64,000 nt of DNA from an uncultured Clostridia bacterium. GTDB taxonomy: Bacteria > Bacillota > Clostridia > Christensenellales > UBA1242. A program made the translations under genes and the position numbers. Below are positions 1 to 9,919 of this stretch, in pieces (position 1 is the first letter of the stretch; the number at the start of each line of letters is the position of its first letter). The DNA lies in contig CALWEM010000027.1 of NCBI GenBank assembly GCA_944377315.1, positions 9,934-73,933 of the forward strand. The letters are read 5' to 3'. Below the pieces are notes generated by a model. It was not told the DNA's origin and searched no databases. It saw nothing but the letters and a program-made list of their open reading frames with translations.

Positions 1-89
1 TCTTCTTTGCCACTATTCTTAAGAATTTGACCGATGACCGCTGTGAGAATGCCAATCGCTGCAATTTTGAAAATGATGTCAACATCCAT
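1..89 (-). CDS. spoIIIAC: Stage III sporulation protein AC, N-terminal part (gene continues past left edge)
   Basis: Not in ORF track. Minus-strand ATG at 89 preceded by AAGGAG. Translates MDVDIIFKIAAIGILTAVIGQILKNSGKE, the conserved SpoIIIAC N-terminus. Follows spoIIIAA/AB in operon order. Confidence 0.75.
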   Translation of the reverse strand, partial: MDVDIIFKIAAIGILTAVIGQILKNSGKE

Positions 90-98
90 ACAAACTCC

Positions 99-590
99 TT
101 AAATGAGAAGAATTGTGAAAAAAAGACCTGCAACCACAGAAAGTTTCAATGAAAGAGAACCATATTTTTTGAATTCTTTTGTGGTTTCTTCTTTTTTCTC
201 ATCAAAGCGCGAAATATATGCCGAAATTTCTTTTGTTTGATTTTCCACATCACTTCGTCCAAGTGTTTTCAGAAAAAGTAGGATAAATTCTTTTTCATCT
301 TGTTTTAAGCAATTTGCTTTGGAAAACACCTGCAATGAGAGTTCGTCTTTCTTTTCAAGATAACTTATGAATCCTTCATCAACTCCCAAGAGATTTCTTC
401 TGACTCCAGCGTCAAAATTCTCCACCAAAATTTTCAATCTTTCGCGTGAAAAATTTATCTCCACTGAAAGTTTTTCAGCAAGCATAATAAGACTTGTGTA
501 AAATTTTTTACGTTTATTATATTTGGAATAAAAGAGAAAACCAACCAGAAGACAAATTGAAAAAATGCATATTATAAAAATAAATTTCAT
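99..590 (-). CDS. spoIIIAB: Stage III sporulation protein AB
   Basis: 163-aa ORF with N- and C-terminal TM helices and an LGRSD motif; positioned between spoIIIAA and spoIIIAC. Confidence 0.8.
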   Translation of the reverse strand: MKFIFIICIFSICLLVGFLFYSKYNKRKKFYTSLIMLAEKLSVEINFSRERLKILVENFDAGVRRNLLGVDEGFISYLEKKDELSLQVFSKANCLKQDEKEFILLFLKTLGRSDVENQTKEISAYISRFDEKKEETTKEFKKYGSLSLKLSVVAGLFFTILLI

Positions 591-735
591 TTTTTTCTCC
601 TTAAAATTTAAAAAAAATTGAAAAAAAGAGTGATTTTTCTTGATTTTTGTGTAAAATTATTTTTTCATTTTGATTTTTTCATCAATAATCGAGAAATTTT
701 TGCTTTTGATTTTCAAAAATTTTTCCTTTAAGTTT

Positions 736-1644
736 TCAAAATTTTGTCATCATTCTGGAGAAATTTTCATTATAAATCCCTTCAAGAGTGCCTGGACCAT
801 TTCGCTTTGAAAGAACAATATAGCGTTTAAAAACCTTCTCATCAATAAGTTTTTGAAAAAGCGGTTTGTGTGAAAAAGTTTCAATATTGTCCGAGTGTGT
901 TGTGGCAATCACCTTGACGCCCGAAGTTGAAGCATACAAAATTGCATCAATGTCTTCTTCTTGTCCAACTTCATCAGTGATGATTAAATCTGGAGAAAGT
1001 GAGCGTATGCCATTTTCAAACCCCACTTTTTTGGAAGCAAAACCAATTTTGTCAAAGAAATTGGAAGTTAGATTGTTGTCAAGTTCACCACGCTCGTCCA
1101 AAAGAAGGACATTGAGAGATTGTCTTTCTCCAAGTTGGTTAACAAAATCCTTCAAAAATGTGGTTTTGCCACAGCCCGGCGGAGAGATTATCAGCGTGTT
1201 AAAAACCCCTTCATCACTCACAATGAATGGAAAGGCAGAAAGTGAGCAATTTTTGACATTATGTGGCAAACGAATATTGCAACCACAAAAATTGGTCATC
1301 GTTTTGATAACGCCATTTTCTTCGACGATATTACCTGCGATGCCAATTCTCACTCCTTTTTCTGTCACAATAAAACCTTTTTTTATCTGCTCGTTGACAG
1401 AATAAATTGAACATTCGCTCGCGCGGAAAATGATATCTTCAATGATGGTTTTGGTGGAAAAAATTGCAGAGCCTAAATTGCTTGTTGCACCATTTTCACT
1501 CAAAAAATAGTTTTTACCACCAATGGCAATGATAATGGGTTTGTTCACCCTGAATCTTATTTCATTCACCATCTTCAAATTTACTTTTCGGTCAATTATC
1601 GTCCAAATTTTTTCTGGTAAAATCTTACTCAACATACACTTCAC
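736..1644 (-). CDS. spoIIIAA: Stage III sporulation protein AA (ATPase)
   Basis: 302 aa. Walker A SPPGCGKTT and Walker B-like LIITDEVG. Size and context match SpoIIIAA. Confidence 0.85.
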   Translation of the reverse strand: MKCMLSKILPEKIWTIIDRKVNLKMVNEIRFRVNKPIIIAIGGKNYFLSENGATSNLGSAIFSTKTIIEDIIFRASECSIYSVNEQIKKGFIVTEKGVRIGIAGNIVEENGVIKTMTNFCGCNIRLPHNVKNCSLSAFPFIVSDEGVFNTLIISPPGCGKTTFLKDFVNQLGERQSLNVLLLDERGELDNNLTSNFFDKIGFASKKVGFENGIRSLSPDLIITDEVGQEEDIDAILYASTSGVKVIATTHSDNIETFSHKPLFQKLIDEKVFKRYIVLSKRNGPGTLEGIYNENFSRMMTKF

Positions 1645-1739
1645 CTCTTAAAAAAAGTTATGCGAAGAAAAGGCAATAAAGTGGCAAGTTTATGCATAAA
1701 AATGTCGATTTTTGCAAAATCTAAAAATGGGAGGAAAGT

Positions 1740-1952
1740 ATGAAAGAATTTATGACAATAATCGGATTTGGCGCAGGACTTATCACTGGTGCATTAATTT
1801 ATAAACATTCACAAGAAGCAAAACAACTTGTGAACAAAAGTGAAAAAGCGGTCAAAAATGAAATTGAAATGATGAAAAACAAGGTTGAACCAAAAATTGA
1901 AAAAGCCAAAAAGGATATGAAAAAAGAAATGAAAAAAATGGCTGAAAATTAA
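1740..1952 (+). CDS. Small YtxH-like membrane-anchored K/E-rich protein
   Basis: 70 aa with one N-terminal TM helix and a charged helical tail; GGGAGGA RBS upstream. Confidence 0.55.
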   Translation: MKEFMTIIGFGAGLITGALIYKHSQEAKQLVNKSEKAVKNEIEMMKNKVEPKIEKAKKDMKKEMKKMAEN

Positions 1953-2063
1953 AAAATTCAAAAATTTTTGCCAATTTTTGCAAAAAAACTTGGATTTTAT
2001 GTCATTTTTTGCCATTTTTAATAAAATTTTCAGTTTAAAAAATTTGTAACTTAATATATAAAT

Positions 2064-2090
2064 CAAAAAAGCAAGGCATCATAACCTTGC
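2064..2090 (-). terminator. Rho-independent terminator of SRP RNA
   Basis: Minus strand reads GCAAGGTTATGATGCCTTGC followed by TTTTTT. Confidence 0.8.
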
Positions 2091-2099
2091 TTTAATGTT

Positions 2100-2368
2100 A
2101 ACCGAGAGAATGCTTCGAGATAAAAAGCCCGACTGTTTCAAGAATATCTAAACTCCACCAAAGCAACCTTATGGCACATCAATAGATCTCCTTAATGATG
2201 CTTCCGTCAGGACCTGACATAGTTCAGAGTTACCAATTGCATAAGACCTTGATTTCATCGCCCAGATATTAAGCACATCTTCGACCTTCCTACCCCTAGG
2301 CAAGCGTTCGACCCTGCTTTGGCGGATTGCAGGTCACAGGGCACCGCCAACTCCCCATCTATCTCGGT
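2100..2368 (-). ncRNA. ffs: Signal recognition particle RNA, long Bacillus type with Alu domain
   Basis: Minus strand contains GGCGGTGCCCTGTGACCTGCAATCCGCC (Alu domain) and TGTCAGGTCCTGACGGAAGCATCATTAAGG (domain IV), both close to B. subtilis scRNA. About 269 nt. The 5' CCGAGA pairs with the 3' TCTCGG. Confidence 0.9.
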
Positions 2369-2374
2369 AAATAT

Positions 2375-2403
2375 ATTATACGCAAAAATTTATATTATGT
2401 CAA
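2375..2403 (-). promoter_or_regulatory. Consensus sigma-A promoter of SRP RNA
   Basis: Minus strand TTGACA-17 nt-TATAAT, about 7 nt upstream of the predicted RNA 5' end. Confidence 0.8.
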
Positions 2404-2518
2404 TAAAAAATTTGATTTATTTTAAACTTAACCGTTTATTTTTCTTCATTTTAAACTTTTATAGTCAAAATGTTATTTCTTTAATAATCTCTTTGCAAAA
2501 ACAGTAAAACGCATTTTA

Positions 2519-2546
2519 AAATAAAAAGCACACATATTCGTGTGCT
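2519..2546 (-). terminator. Rho-independent terminator after the 2545..3501 gene
   Basis: Minus strand AGCACACGAATATGTGTGCT followed by a T run; overlaps the stop codon. Confidence 0.7.
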
Positions 2547-3501
2547 AAATTTTATATAAATCCAAAAGTTTCATAAGTCTTGTGTAGTCAATTTGAGCAT
2601 TTGAACTCAAAATCAATTTTTCTTTGAATATTGATTTGGTGTTGTCACAAATTGAGCGAATTGCCGAAGCGTCAGTCAGACGAATATAATTTGAAACATT
2701 GATGAAAGTTTGATACAAGTCTTTTGTGAAGAGAACATCAGGACAAGCACACACCAAACTTTCAATCAAAATTTGGTTTGGAATTTTGTTAAACGCCTTG
2801 GAAAAAAGACTGTTGTAAACTCGCACAATATCGATGAAATTCTCACCACAATTCTCAAATTTTTTATTGAGATTTTTGAAGCGTTGTTTCATATCAATTT
2901 CATAGAAACGATTTTTTTTCGAATTATAGAGTTTGTATATCTCGTTTGTTTCATCAAAAAGACAAACATAAATGTTGATTTTGACATTTGGACCAAAATC
3001 TTCACGACCAATTATTGACAAATGGTTGTCATAATCATAAATGATTGTGGATGGCATCAAAAAGTCGGCAAGGTTGAGAACGATATCTTTTTTTAGGTCA
3101 CCAATTGTGTATTTCGTTCTTCTTATCATTGTGTTTTCAGTTTGTATATCTTTTTTTCTTCGTCTTCTTGGCTTGTTTCTTGTCACACGCCACGCTTTCA
3201 CAAATCGATTCCACAAATTCTTAAAATAATTCTTTTTTTCAACAGAATTAAGTTCAATTTCTTTGTTTGGAATACCCAAAAAATATGTGTATTCACTGTT
3301 TGAGCAAAGTGCTCCCAAATAAACTTCATTGACCGGTTCAAATCTGATTTTTTCTGGTTGCAAAAAAGAGGATTTCAAACAAAGTTCATTGACCGCTTGA
3401 TTAACCAATTCATACACCAAATTATTCACATTTTGCACAAACTCATTGTTGACACTGTCACGCAATCCTTCAATGAGTTCCTTGTTCAAATCATATTTCA
3501 T
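2545..3501 (-). CDS. Hypothetical protein, possible diverged nucleotidyltransferase fold with an R/K-rich insert
   Basis: 318-aa ORF with no motif I can name firmly. Has an RRRRKK insert and a C-terminal ILIESLVCACPDVLF helix. Confidence 0.6.
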   Translation of the reverse strand: MKYDLNKELIEGLRDSVNNEFVQNVNNLVYELVNQAVNELCLKSSFLQPEKIRFEPVNEVYLGALCSNSEYTYFLGIPNKEIELNSVEKKNYFKNLWNRFVKAWRVTRNKPRRRRKKDIQTENTMIRRTKYTIGDLKKDIVLNLADFLMPSTIIYDYDNHLSIIGREDFGPNVKINIYVCLFDETNEIYKLYNSKKNRFYEIDMKQRFKNLNKKFENCGENFIDIVRVYNSLFSKAFNKIPNQILIESLVCACPDVLFTKDLYQTFINVSNYIRLTDASAIRSICDNTKSIFKEKLILSSNAQIDYTRLMKLLDLYKI

Positions 3502-3518
3502 TTTGTCTTCCTTTTATC

Positions 3519-3556
3519 TATATATAGTGTATTATGCAATGCATAGCACAATATAT
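3519..3556. repeat. Quasi-palindromic TATGCA-W-TGCATA element, copy a
   Basis: TATATATAGTGTATTATGCAATGCATAGCACAATATAT lies just 3' of the gap stop. Same motif as at 28204, 52531 and 13234. Confidence 0.7.
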
Positions 3557-3562
3557 TTTGTG

Positions 3563-4582
<1,020 letters not shown>

Positions 4583-5350
4583 TTAAATTATTTCTTCGGC
4601 TCGTCCAAATCTCAACCTGCCAACTGCGACCGTTCGTGCAAGGTTGAGAATGGCAACCAAAAAGAAAACAAAACCAAAAAGTGTTAACGCAAAGCTTAAC
4701 AAGACATTCACAATATTAACACCAAAACCGGTGCAAATTATCACAGAAACCAAAACGCATATTGCAAGCAAAAGAAAGAAACTCAAAAAATTCACTATGG
4801 CAGTAAACCGGTCGAAATCTTTTTTGGTGGATTTTTGTGTTGTCGAAACTTCGCCAATTGAAAGCCCAACAAAACGATTTATTCGTGAAATGTATGACAA
4901 ATTTGTCAATGATGAAATAAGGTTGAAATTCCTATCCTTAAAATATACCGCTGAAATGTCGTCAAAATAGAAGAATCCAAAAATCATACGCAACAATTTT
5001 TTCCAAATATCTTTCCACCATTTTGCAAACTTGTTCTTCTCACGATTTAGAATGACAATATCTTCGCTTGCTGAAGTCAATCGCTCAAATTCTTCGTCTG
5101 TTATTGGTCTTCGAACCACCATAATACTTCCAGCACTCTTTTTCAAGGTGTGTAGAGAATTGATGATTTCTTCCTTGGCACTTTTTGTTTTGTAATACTT
5201 TACAACCGCTTTCTTTACTTCCAGCTTTTCATCTTTAAATTTTTCATCAATGCCGAGATAAAGTGCGACACCCTTTCTTTTTGAAAGGCTTTCAACCATC
5301 TTCTTATATTCCTCAAATTTTTCAGTTATTGGAACTATAACATTTATCAT
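4583..5350 (-). CDS. Hypothetical membrane protein
   Basis: 255 aa with a soluble N-terminal half and two C-terminal TM helices. Start overlaps the rpiB stop by 4 nt (5347..5350). Confidence 0.6.
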   Translation of the reverse strand: MINVIVPITEKFEEYKKMVESLSKRKGVALYLGIDEKFKDEKLEVKKAVVKYYKTKSAKEEIINSLHTLKKSAGSIMVVRRPITDEEFERLTSASEDIVILNREKNKFAKWWKDIWKKLLRMIFGFFYFDDISAVYFKDRNFNLISSLTNLSYISRINRFVGLSIGEVSTTQKSTKKDFDRFTAIVNFLSFFLLLAICVLVSVIICTGFGVNIVNVLLSFALTLFGFVFFLVAILNLARTVAVGRLRFGRAEEII

Positions 5351-5781
5351 TTCATATCTCCTGAAATTTTTTTAACACGGCGAGCGTGTCTGCCTCCTTC
5401 AAATGATGTTGTTAAAAAGACTTTGATGATGGCAATTGCCTTTCTTCGTTTAATAAACCTTGCTGGCAAACAAAGGACATTCGCATCATTATCCTTTCTT
5501 GCAAGCATCGCCATTTCAGTGTTCAAACAAAGTGCTGCACGAATTTTTGGATTGCGATTTGCTGCCATACTCATTCCAATTCCAGAACCACAAATGAAAA
5601 TTCCGACATTGTTTTTGTTTTCCAAAACCTTTTCGACACCGCTTTTGCAAAAATCAGGATAATCAACCGGTTCTTTGCTGTATGTCCCCACATCAATTGT
5701 GATGATATTTTCTTCATTAAAAAAGGTTTTGAGTTGTTCCTTGAGTTCATAACCTCGGTGGTCACTTGCCATTATTATCAT
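5347..5781 (-). CDS. rpiB: Ribose-5-phosphate isomerase B
   Basis: 144 aa with SDHRGYELK and ICGSGIGMS motifs; GAGGTGA RBS. Confidence 0.92.
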   Translation of the reverse strand: MIIMASDHRGYELKEQLKTFFNEENIITIDVGTYSKEPVDYPDFCKSGVEKVLENKNNVGIFICGSGIGMSMAANRNPKIRAALCLNTEMAMLARKDNDANVLCLPARFIKRRKAIAIIKVFLTTSFEGGRHARRVKKISGDMK

Positions 5782-6200
5782 ATTTCACCTCTCATATTTT
5801 CAATTTTATCCAGCAAAACATCGACATTTTTTTCAATCATTTTCGCAGTTTTTTTGTATGTTTCTTCATCTTGTCCAAAAGGGTCGATAACTTCACCATA
5901 AAGGTCAGCAAAAGACAAACATTTTGGCGATGGAATCCGTGCTTTATGCTCTTTTGTCACCGCAACAAAAATGGTGTTTTTCTTGTCTTTATATTTCACA
6001 CTTTTTCTGTCACGAGCGTCATAGCCAAGTTCTTTCAAAACCTTTTTGGTGAAAGGTGTGATATTTTCCTTGTTCGCAAAAAGACCGCAAGAAGAAAATT
6101 TGATATCTTTCATCTTTCTCAATTTTGCCTTTTTTCTTGCAATCCGCTCTGCCATAACAGAGCGACAGGTGTTTCCTGTGCAAACAAAACAAATTTCCAT
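5778..6200 (-). CDS. Low-molecular-weight protein tyrosine/arginine phosphatase
   Basis: CTGNTCRS (CX5R) P-loop directly after the Met at 6200. The track ORF extends to 6239, but that ATG overlaps a TATAAT-like box. ywlE-rpiB-like pairing. Confidence 0.85.
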   Translation of the reverse strand: MEICFVCTGNTCRSVMAERIARKKAKLRKMKDIKFSSCGLFANKENITPFTKKVLKELGYDARDRKSVKYKDKKNTIFVAVTKEHKARIPSPKCLSFADLYGEVIDPFGQDEETYKKTAKMIEKNVDVLLDKIENMRGEI

Positions 6201-6293
6201 ATAACGCCTTTTTTCAAAGAAAAACTTTGATATAATCATTATAACCTAAAAATAAAAAAAAGCAAAATAATTTTTGCTTAATTTTTCAAAAAG

Positions 6294-6614
6294 TTATTTT
6301 TTGTTGATGCTATATTTCATCGGCTTATAAAGTTTGTCCAAATTATATTTTTCTCGCACTTTTGGCAAGAAGATATGCAAAGTTATGAAATTAAAATCAA
6401 AAACAATCCACTCGCCTTTGTTATACCCTTCAATTTTGTCTTGATAGTTATATTTTTCGCTTATAATATCCGCCACTTGCTTACTCTGCTGAACACCATT
6501 TGAAGATGCGATAATGATATACTTTTTATCTGCCAAACTGTCATAGTTATAGACAGATATATTTTTCAACTTATTATCTTCCAAAATTTTTATGAGTTCG
6601 TCAACACTTATCAT
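6294..6614 (-). CDS. rsfS: Ribosome silencing factor RsfS
   Basis: 106 aa; DYVIIASG-like IIIASS and WIVFDF...IHIF motifs typical of the RsfS/iojap family. Confidence 0.85.
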   Translation of the reverse strand: MISVDELIKILEDNKLKNISVYNYDSLADKKYIIIASSNGVQQSKQVADIISEKYNYQDKIEGYNKGEWIVFDFNFITLHIFLPKVREKYNLDKLYKPMKYSINKK

Positions 6615-6703
6615 ATTAAAATTTTAGCAACATTTTTCCGTTTTGTCAAGAAAAAGGTGAAAAATATATGACTAAAACCAAAAATCTTGTCAAAAATTAA
6701 GAT

Positions 6704-7507
6704 ATGAGAAAAATAAATTTTGTCTTTCAAGAAATTTTAAAATTTTTCTTAATCTTTTTGATTTCTTTCGTTTGGATAAGATATTTTTTGAGAAAACTCT
6801 GGCTCGCAGTTCTTATAAGTATGATTGTGAGCACTGTTTTATATCTTATTTTTCTTCTTTTGAAAAGAAAAAAGAAAATTAAAAACGGCTTGAAACTCAA
6901 AGAAAAGGAAGATGCTGAAAATATGTTTTTGAGTTTAGCGTGCGACAAAAAAAGGATGGATTTTTTTTATGATTTGGCATCGTCAAAACACAAAAATATC
7001 GAAAAAAACAGCAAATTTCTTGTTATTTCACACGAAAATGGCACAAAAACCATACTTTTTCCAAAAATCGACTATGAAATTCTCTCAATATCCAATTTGG
7101 TTGAAATATACAAAATTGTCAAAGGAAAGGCAGAAAAAGTGGTTATTCTTTGTCACTCATACGATAACGAAGCCAAAGCTTTTGCCAGCCATTTTGAAAT
7201 TGAATTTCTTGTTTTTGATAGATTTGAAACATATGAGAGATTATATAAATATTACAACATTTTTCCAACAATCAAAGAAAAATTTAAGGTTAATAAAAAA
7301 TTGACTTTCAAAGATTTTGTCAGTTTTTCCTTCAACAAAAAAAGAGCAAAAGGTTATCTCTTTTCTGCCTTTTTGCTCGCCTTTTCTGCAATTTTTGTGA
7401 GAACGACAATCTATTACGCCATTGTTGCCACAATTTTGGTGCTTTTTGCCGTTATCTCGCAATTCAACACCACTTTTAATATCAAAGAAAACAAAGAAGT
7501 TTTATAA
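6704..7507 (+). CDS. Hypothetical membrane protein
   Basis: 267 aa with two N-terminal and two C-terminal TM helices around a soluble core; no recognisable motif. Confidence 0.55.
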   Translation: MRKINFVFQEILKFFLIFLISFVWIRYFLRKLWLAVLISMIVSTVLYLIFLLLKRKKKIKNGLKLKEKEDAENMFLSLACDKKRMDFFYDLASSKHKNIEKNSKFLVISHENGTKTILFPKIDYEILSISNLVEIYKIVKGKAEKVVILCHSYDNEAKAFASHFEIEFLVFDRFETYERLYKYYNIFPTIKEKFKVNKKLTFKDFVSFSFNKKRAKGYLFSAFLLAFSAIFVRTTIYYAIVATILVLFAVISQFNTTFNIKENKEVL

Positions 7508-7807
7508 TCAAAGTGGCAATTCGATATGTTTAAAATTCTTCTTTGTCGACTTTTTATATAAAATGATTATCGTGCCAATCACCTGCACAATATCAGCACC
7601 CAACATTGTCGATAAATTTTCTGCAATCTCTTTTGCCGGCATTTCACAATTTTTGAGCACCTTGACTTTGACAAGTTCGCGTGCTTGCAAAAGTAGTTGA
7701 GCGGAAGTTATCACATTTTCATTAAGTCCATCTTTTCCAATTTGCATAACTGGGTCAAGTGCATTGCCAAGCCCACGCAAATATGCTCTTTGTTTGGTTG
7801 TTATCAT
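7508..7807 (-). CDS. yhbY: Ribosome assembly RNA-binding protein YhbY (CRM domain)
   Basis: [11 protein letters not shown]...IGKDGL motif. Start moved to the ATG at 7807, which has an AAAGGAGAAA RBS. Confidence 0.85.
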   Translation of the reverse strand: MITTKQRAYLRGLGNALDPVMQIGKDGLNENVITSAQLLLQARELVKVKVLKNCEMPAKEIAENLSTMLGADIVQVIGTIIILYKKSTKKNFKHIELPL

Positions 7808-7863
7808 TTTTTTCTCCTTTTTTGCAGTTTTTTTTGAAATTTTCAAGAATTTTTTATGATTTT

Positions 7864-9135
7864 TCATTCTGTGTATTCAAAAGTTATATCTTTGATTATC
7901 ACAGTGTCGCCGTCTTTCATACCCTTTTCAAGAAGCATATCAATGACGCCCATCTCTTTCAATCTTGTTTGAAAATATGCAAAAGACCTTGGGTCAGAAA
8001 TGATTACTCCGCGTGCCAAGTTCTCAATTCTTCCACCAGAAACTTCAAAACTGCCATCGTCTGTTCTTCTGATTTCAATGTTTTGAACATCCTTTTTGTC
8101 AAAATCGAAATCTTCCACTTCAAGTGGTGGCTTTTTTGGTATTTTTTTCAAATTCTCAAGAATTTTTTTCTTCAACTCCTCAACACCGCGATATGAAATC
8201 GATGAAAGCAAAATATAGTCCTTTATTTTAAATTTTTCTTCAAATTTTTCGAGTTTTTCTTTCAATTCTTCATCATCAATTAAATCACACTTTGAAAAAA
8301 CAGCAATTTGTTTGACATCTTTCAAAGTTTCGCGATATTTTTTGAGTTCATCATTAATGACAATGTAATCATTGAGAAAATCACGCCCTTCACTTTCGGA
8401 AATATCGATGAGATGAACAAGAAGTCGCACTCGTTCCACGTGTTTGAGAAAATAGTGCCCAAGCCCAAGTCCTTCACTTGCTCCTTCGATAAGCCCCGGG
8501 ATGTCGGCAACCACATATGTTTCTCCCAAAACTTCCACAACACCCAAATTTGGATATATGGTTGTGAATGGATAGTTTGCAATTTTTGGATTGGCGTTTG
8601 ATATCACTGAAAGAAGTGTGCTTTTGCCAACATTTGGAAAACCAATAAGTCCAACATCAGCAATCGTTTTGAGTTCCAATATAACTTCTTTTCCTTTCAC
8701 TGTTTCGCCTGTTTGTGAAAAGGATGGTGCTTGCTTGATGGAAGATTTGAAATAGTTGTTGCCGTGTCCACCCGCTCCACCTTTGAGCGCTCTGAATTCT
8801 TTGCCATTTTCACTCAAATCTGCGATGATTTTGTCGTTCTCTGGATTTATCAAAACAGTGCCAGTTGGAACCAATATGATTTCATTTTTTCCACTTTTTC
8901 CTGTTTGATTTTTGCTTGAACCATCACTGCCATTCTCTGCCACAAATTTTTTCTTGAAGCGGAAAGAATACAATGTGTTAAGTTCGTCTGTCGCTTTGAA
9001 AATGATGTCGCCACCTTTCCCGCCGTCACCACCATCTGGTCCGCCATTTGCCGTTTGTGCATTACGCAAAAAAGACACGGCTCCTTTCCCGCCGTTTCCT
9101 GCTTTTATGGAAATTTTGACTCTATCTAAAAACAT
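7864..9135 (-). CDS. obg: GTPase Obg
   Basis: [23 protein letters not shown]-terminus, G1 GFPNVGKST, and a C-terminal TGS-like domain. Start set to the ATG at 9135 with a GGAGAG RBS. Confidence 0.95.
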   Translation of the reverse strand: MFLDRVKISIKAGNGGKGAVSFLRNAQTANGGPDGGDGGKGGDIIFKATDELNTLYSFRFKKKFVAENGSDGSSKNQTGKSGKNEIILVPTGTVLINPENDKIIADLSENGKEFRALKGGAGGHGNNYFKSSIKQAPSFSQTGETVKGKEVILELKTIADVGLIGFPNVGKSTLLSVISNANPKIANYPFTTIYPNLGVVEVLGETYVVADIPGLIEGASEGLGLGHYFLKHVERVRLLVHLIDISESEGRDFLNDYIVINDELKKYRETLKDVKQIAVFSKCDLIDDEELKEKLEKFEEKFKIKDYILLSSISYRGVEELKKKILENLKKIPKKPPLEVEDFDFDKKDVQNIEIRRTDDGSFEVSGGRIENLARGVIISDPRSFAYFQTRLKEMGVIDMLLEKGMKDGDTVIIKDITFEYTE

Positions 9136-9163
9136 ATCTCTCCTTTTTATATTTTGCTCGGTT

Positions 9164-9276
9164 GTGCGAGAAAACGCACGCACACCTTATAAACTTTAAC
9201 CAAAAAACACTCTTTTTTGTGCGTGCTGAAAACTTCGTTTTCAAATTTTTGCTCGCAAAAATTTATTTTCTCGCAC
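9164..9276. repeat. Three-hairpin closed-stem element E1
   Basis: Outer stem GTGCGAGAAAA (9164-9174) pairs with TTTTCTCGCAC (9266-9276). It encloses hairpins GCACGCACA..TGTGCGTGC, TGAAAAC-TTC-GTTTTCA and AATTTTTGC-TC-GCAAAAATT. Confidence 0.65.
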
Positions 9277-9910
9277 CCTTACGATACTTTTCTTTTTTCT
9301 CCAAACAAAAATCCAAAAATGGACAATTTTCACACTCGGGTTTTTGAGCCTTACACTTATATCTTCCAAATAAAACCATTCTTTTATGTAATTGTGACCA
9401 AAATTTTTTTGGAAAAATTTTTTCCAATTTTTTCTCACAAAGTTCTGGATTTTGCGTTTTGACCAATCCCAAACGATTGGAAACACGAAGAACGTGCGTG
9501 TCAACTGGAATGGCATCACCGCCAAAAGCTTCAATCATCACAACATTTGCCGTCTTCACTCCAACACCGGACAATGTCAACAAGTCTTCAAATTTTGACG
9601 GCACTTCGCCGTTAAATCTCTCCAAAATATCTTTGCTGGCTTTTTTAATCGCCAAAGCCTTGTTGTGATAAAATCCGCAAGAATGTATCAAATTTTCCAG
9701 TTGTTCAATCGGCATATTTGCAAAATCTTCCGGCTTGTTGTATTTTTGAAACATCACACTTGTCACTTCGTTCACCCGCTTGTCTGTGCATTGAGCGGAC
9801 AAAATGACAGCAACCAAAGTTTCAAACGGCGTGTGAAAATTAAGTTCCGACTTGGCACTTGGGAAAAATTTTTCCAATTCCCGAACGATAATTTCCGATT
9901 TTTTATTCAT
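9263..9910 (-). CDS. nth: Endonuclease III
   Basis: 215 aa with an HhH-GPD region LPGVG-like LSGVGVKTA and a C-terminal 4Fe-4S motif CKAQKPECENCPFLDFC. Confidence 0.93.
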   Translation of the reverse strand: MNKKSEIIVRELEKFFPSAKSELNFHTPFETLVAVILSAQCTDKRVNEVTSVMFQKYNKPEDFANMPIEQLENLIHSCGFYHNKALAIKKASKDILERFNGEVPSKFEDLLTLSGVGVKTANVVMIEAFGGDAIPVDTHVLRVSNRLGLVKTQNPELCEKKLEKIFPKKFWSQLHKRMVLFGRYKCKAQKPECENCPFLDFCLEKKEKYRKGARK

Positions 9911-9919
9911 AATATCCCT

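Noticed and set aside
866-1405. 179-aa ORF antisense to spoIIIAA
   Set aside because: It is fully embedded opposite a well-supported gene, with no RBS and a low-complexity translation. The same reasoning applies to 5766-6230, 9665-10261, 10802-11254, 13441-13947, 21367-21966, 38094-38549, 47158-47577 and similar antisense track ORFs.
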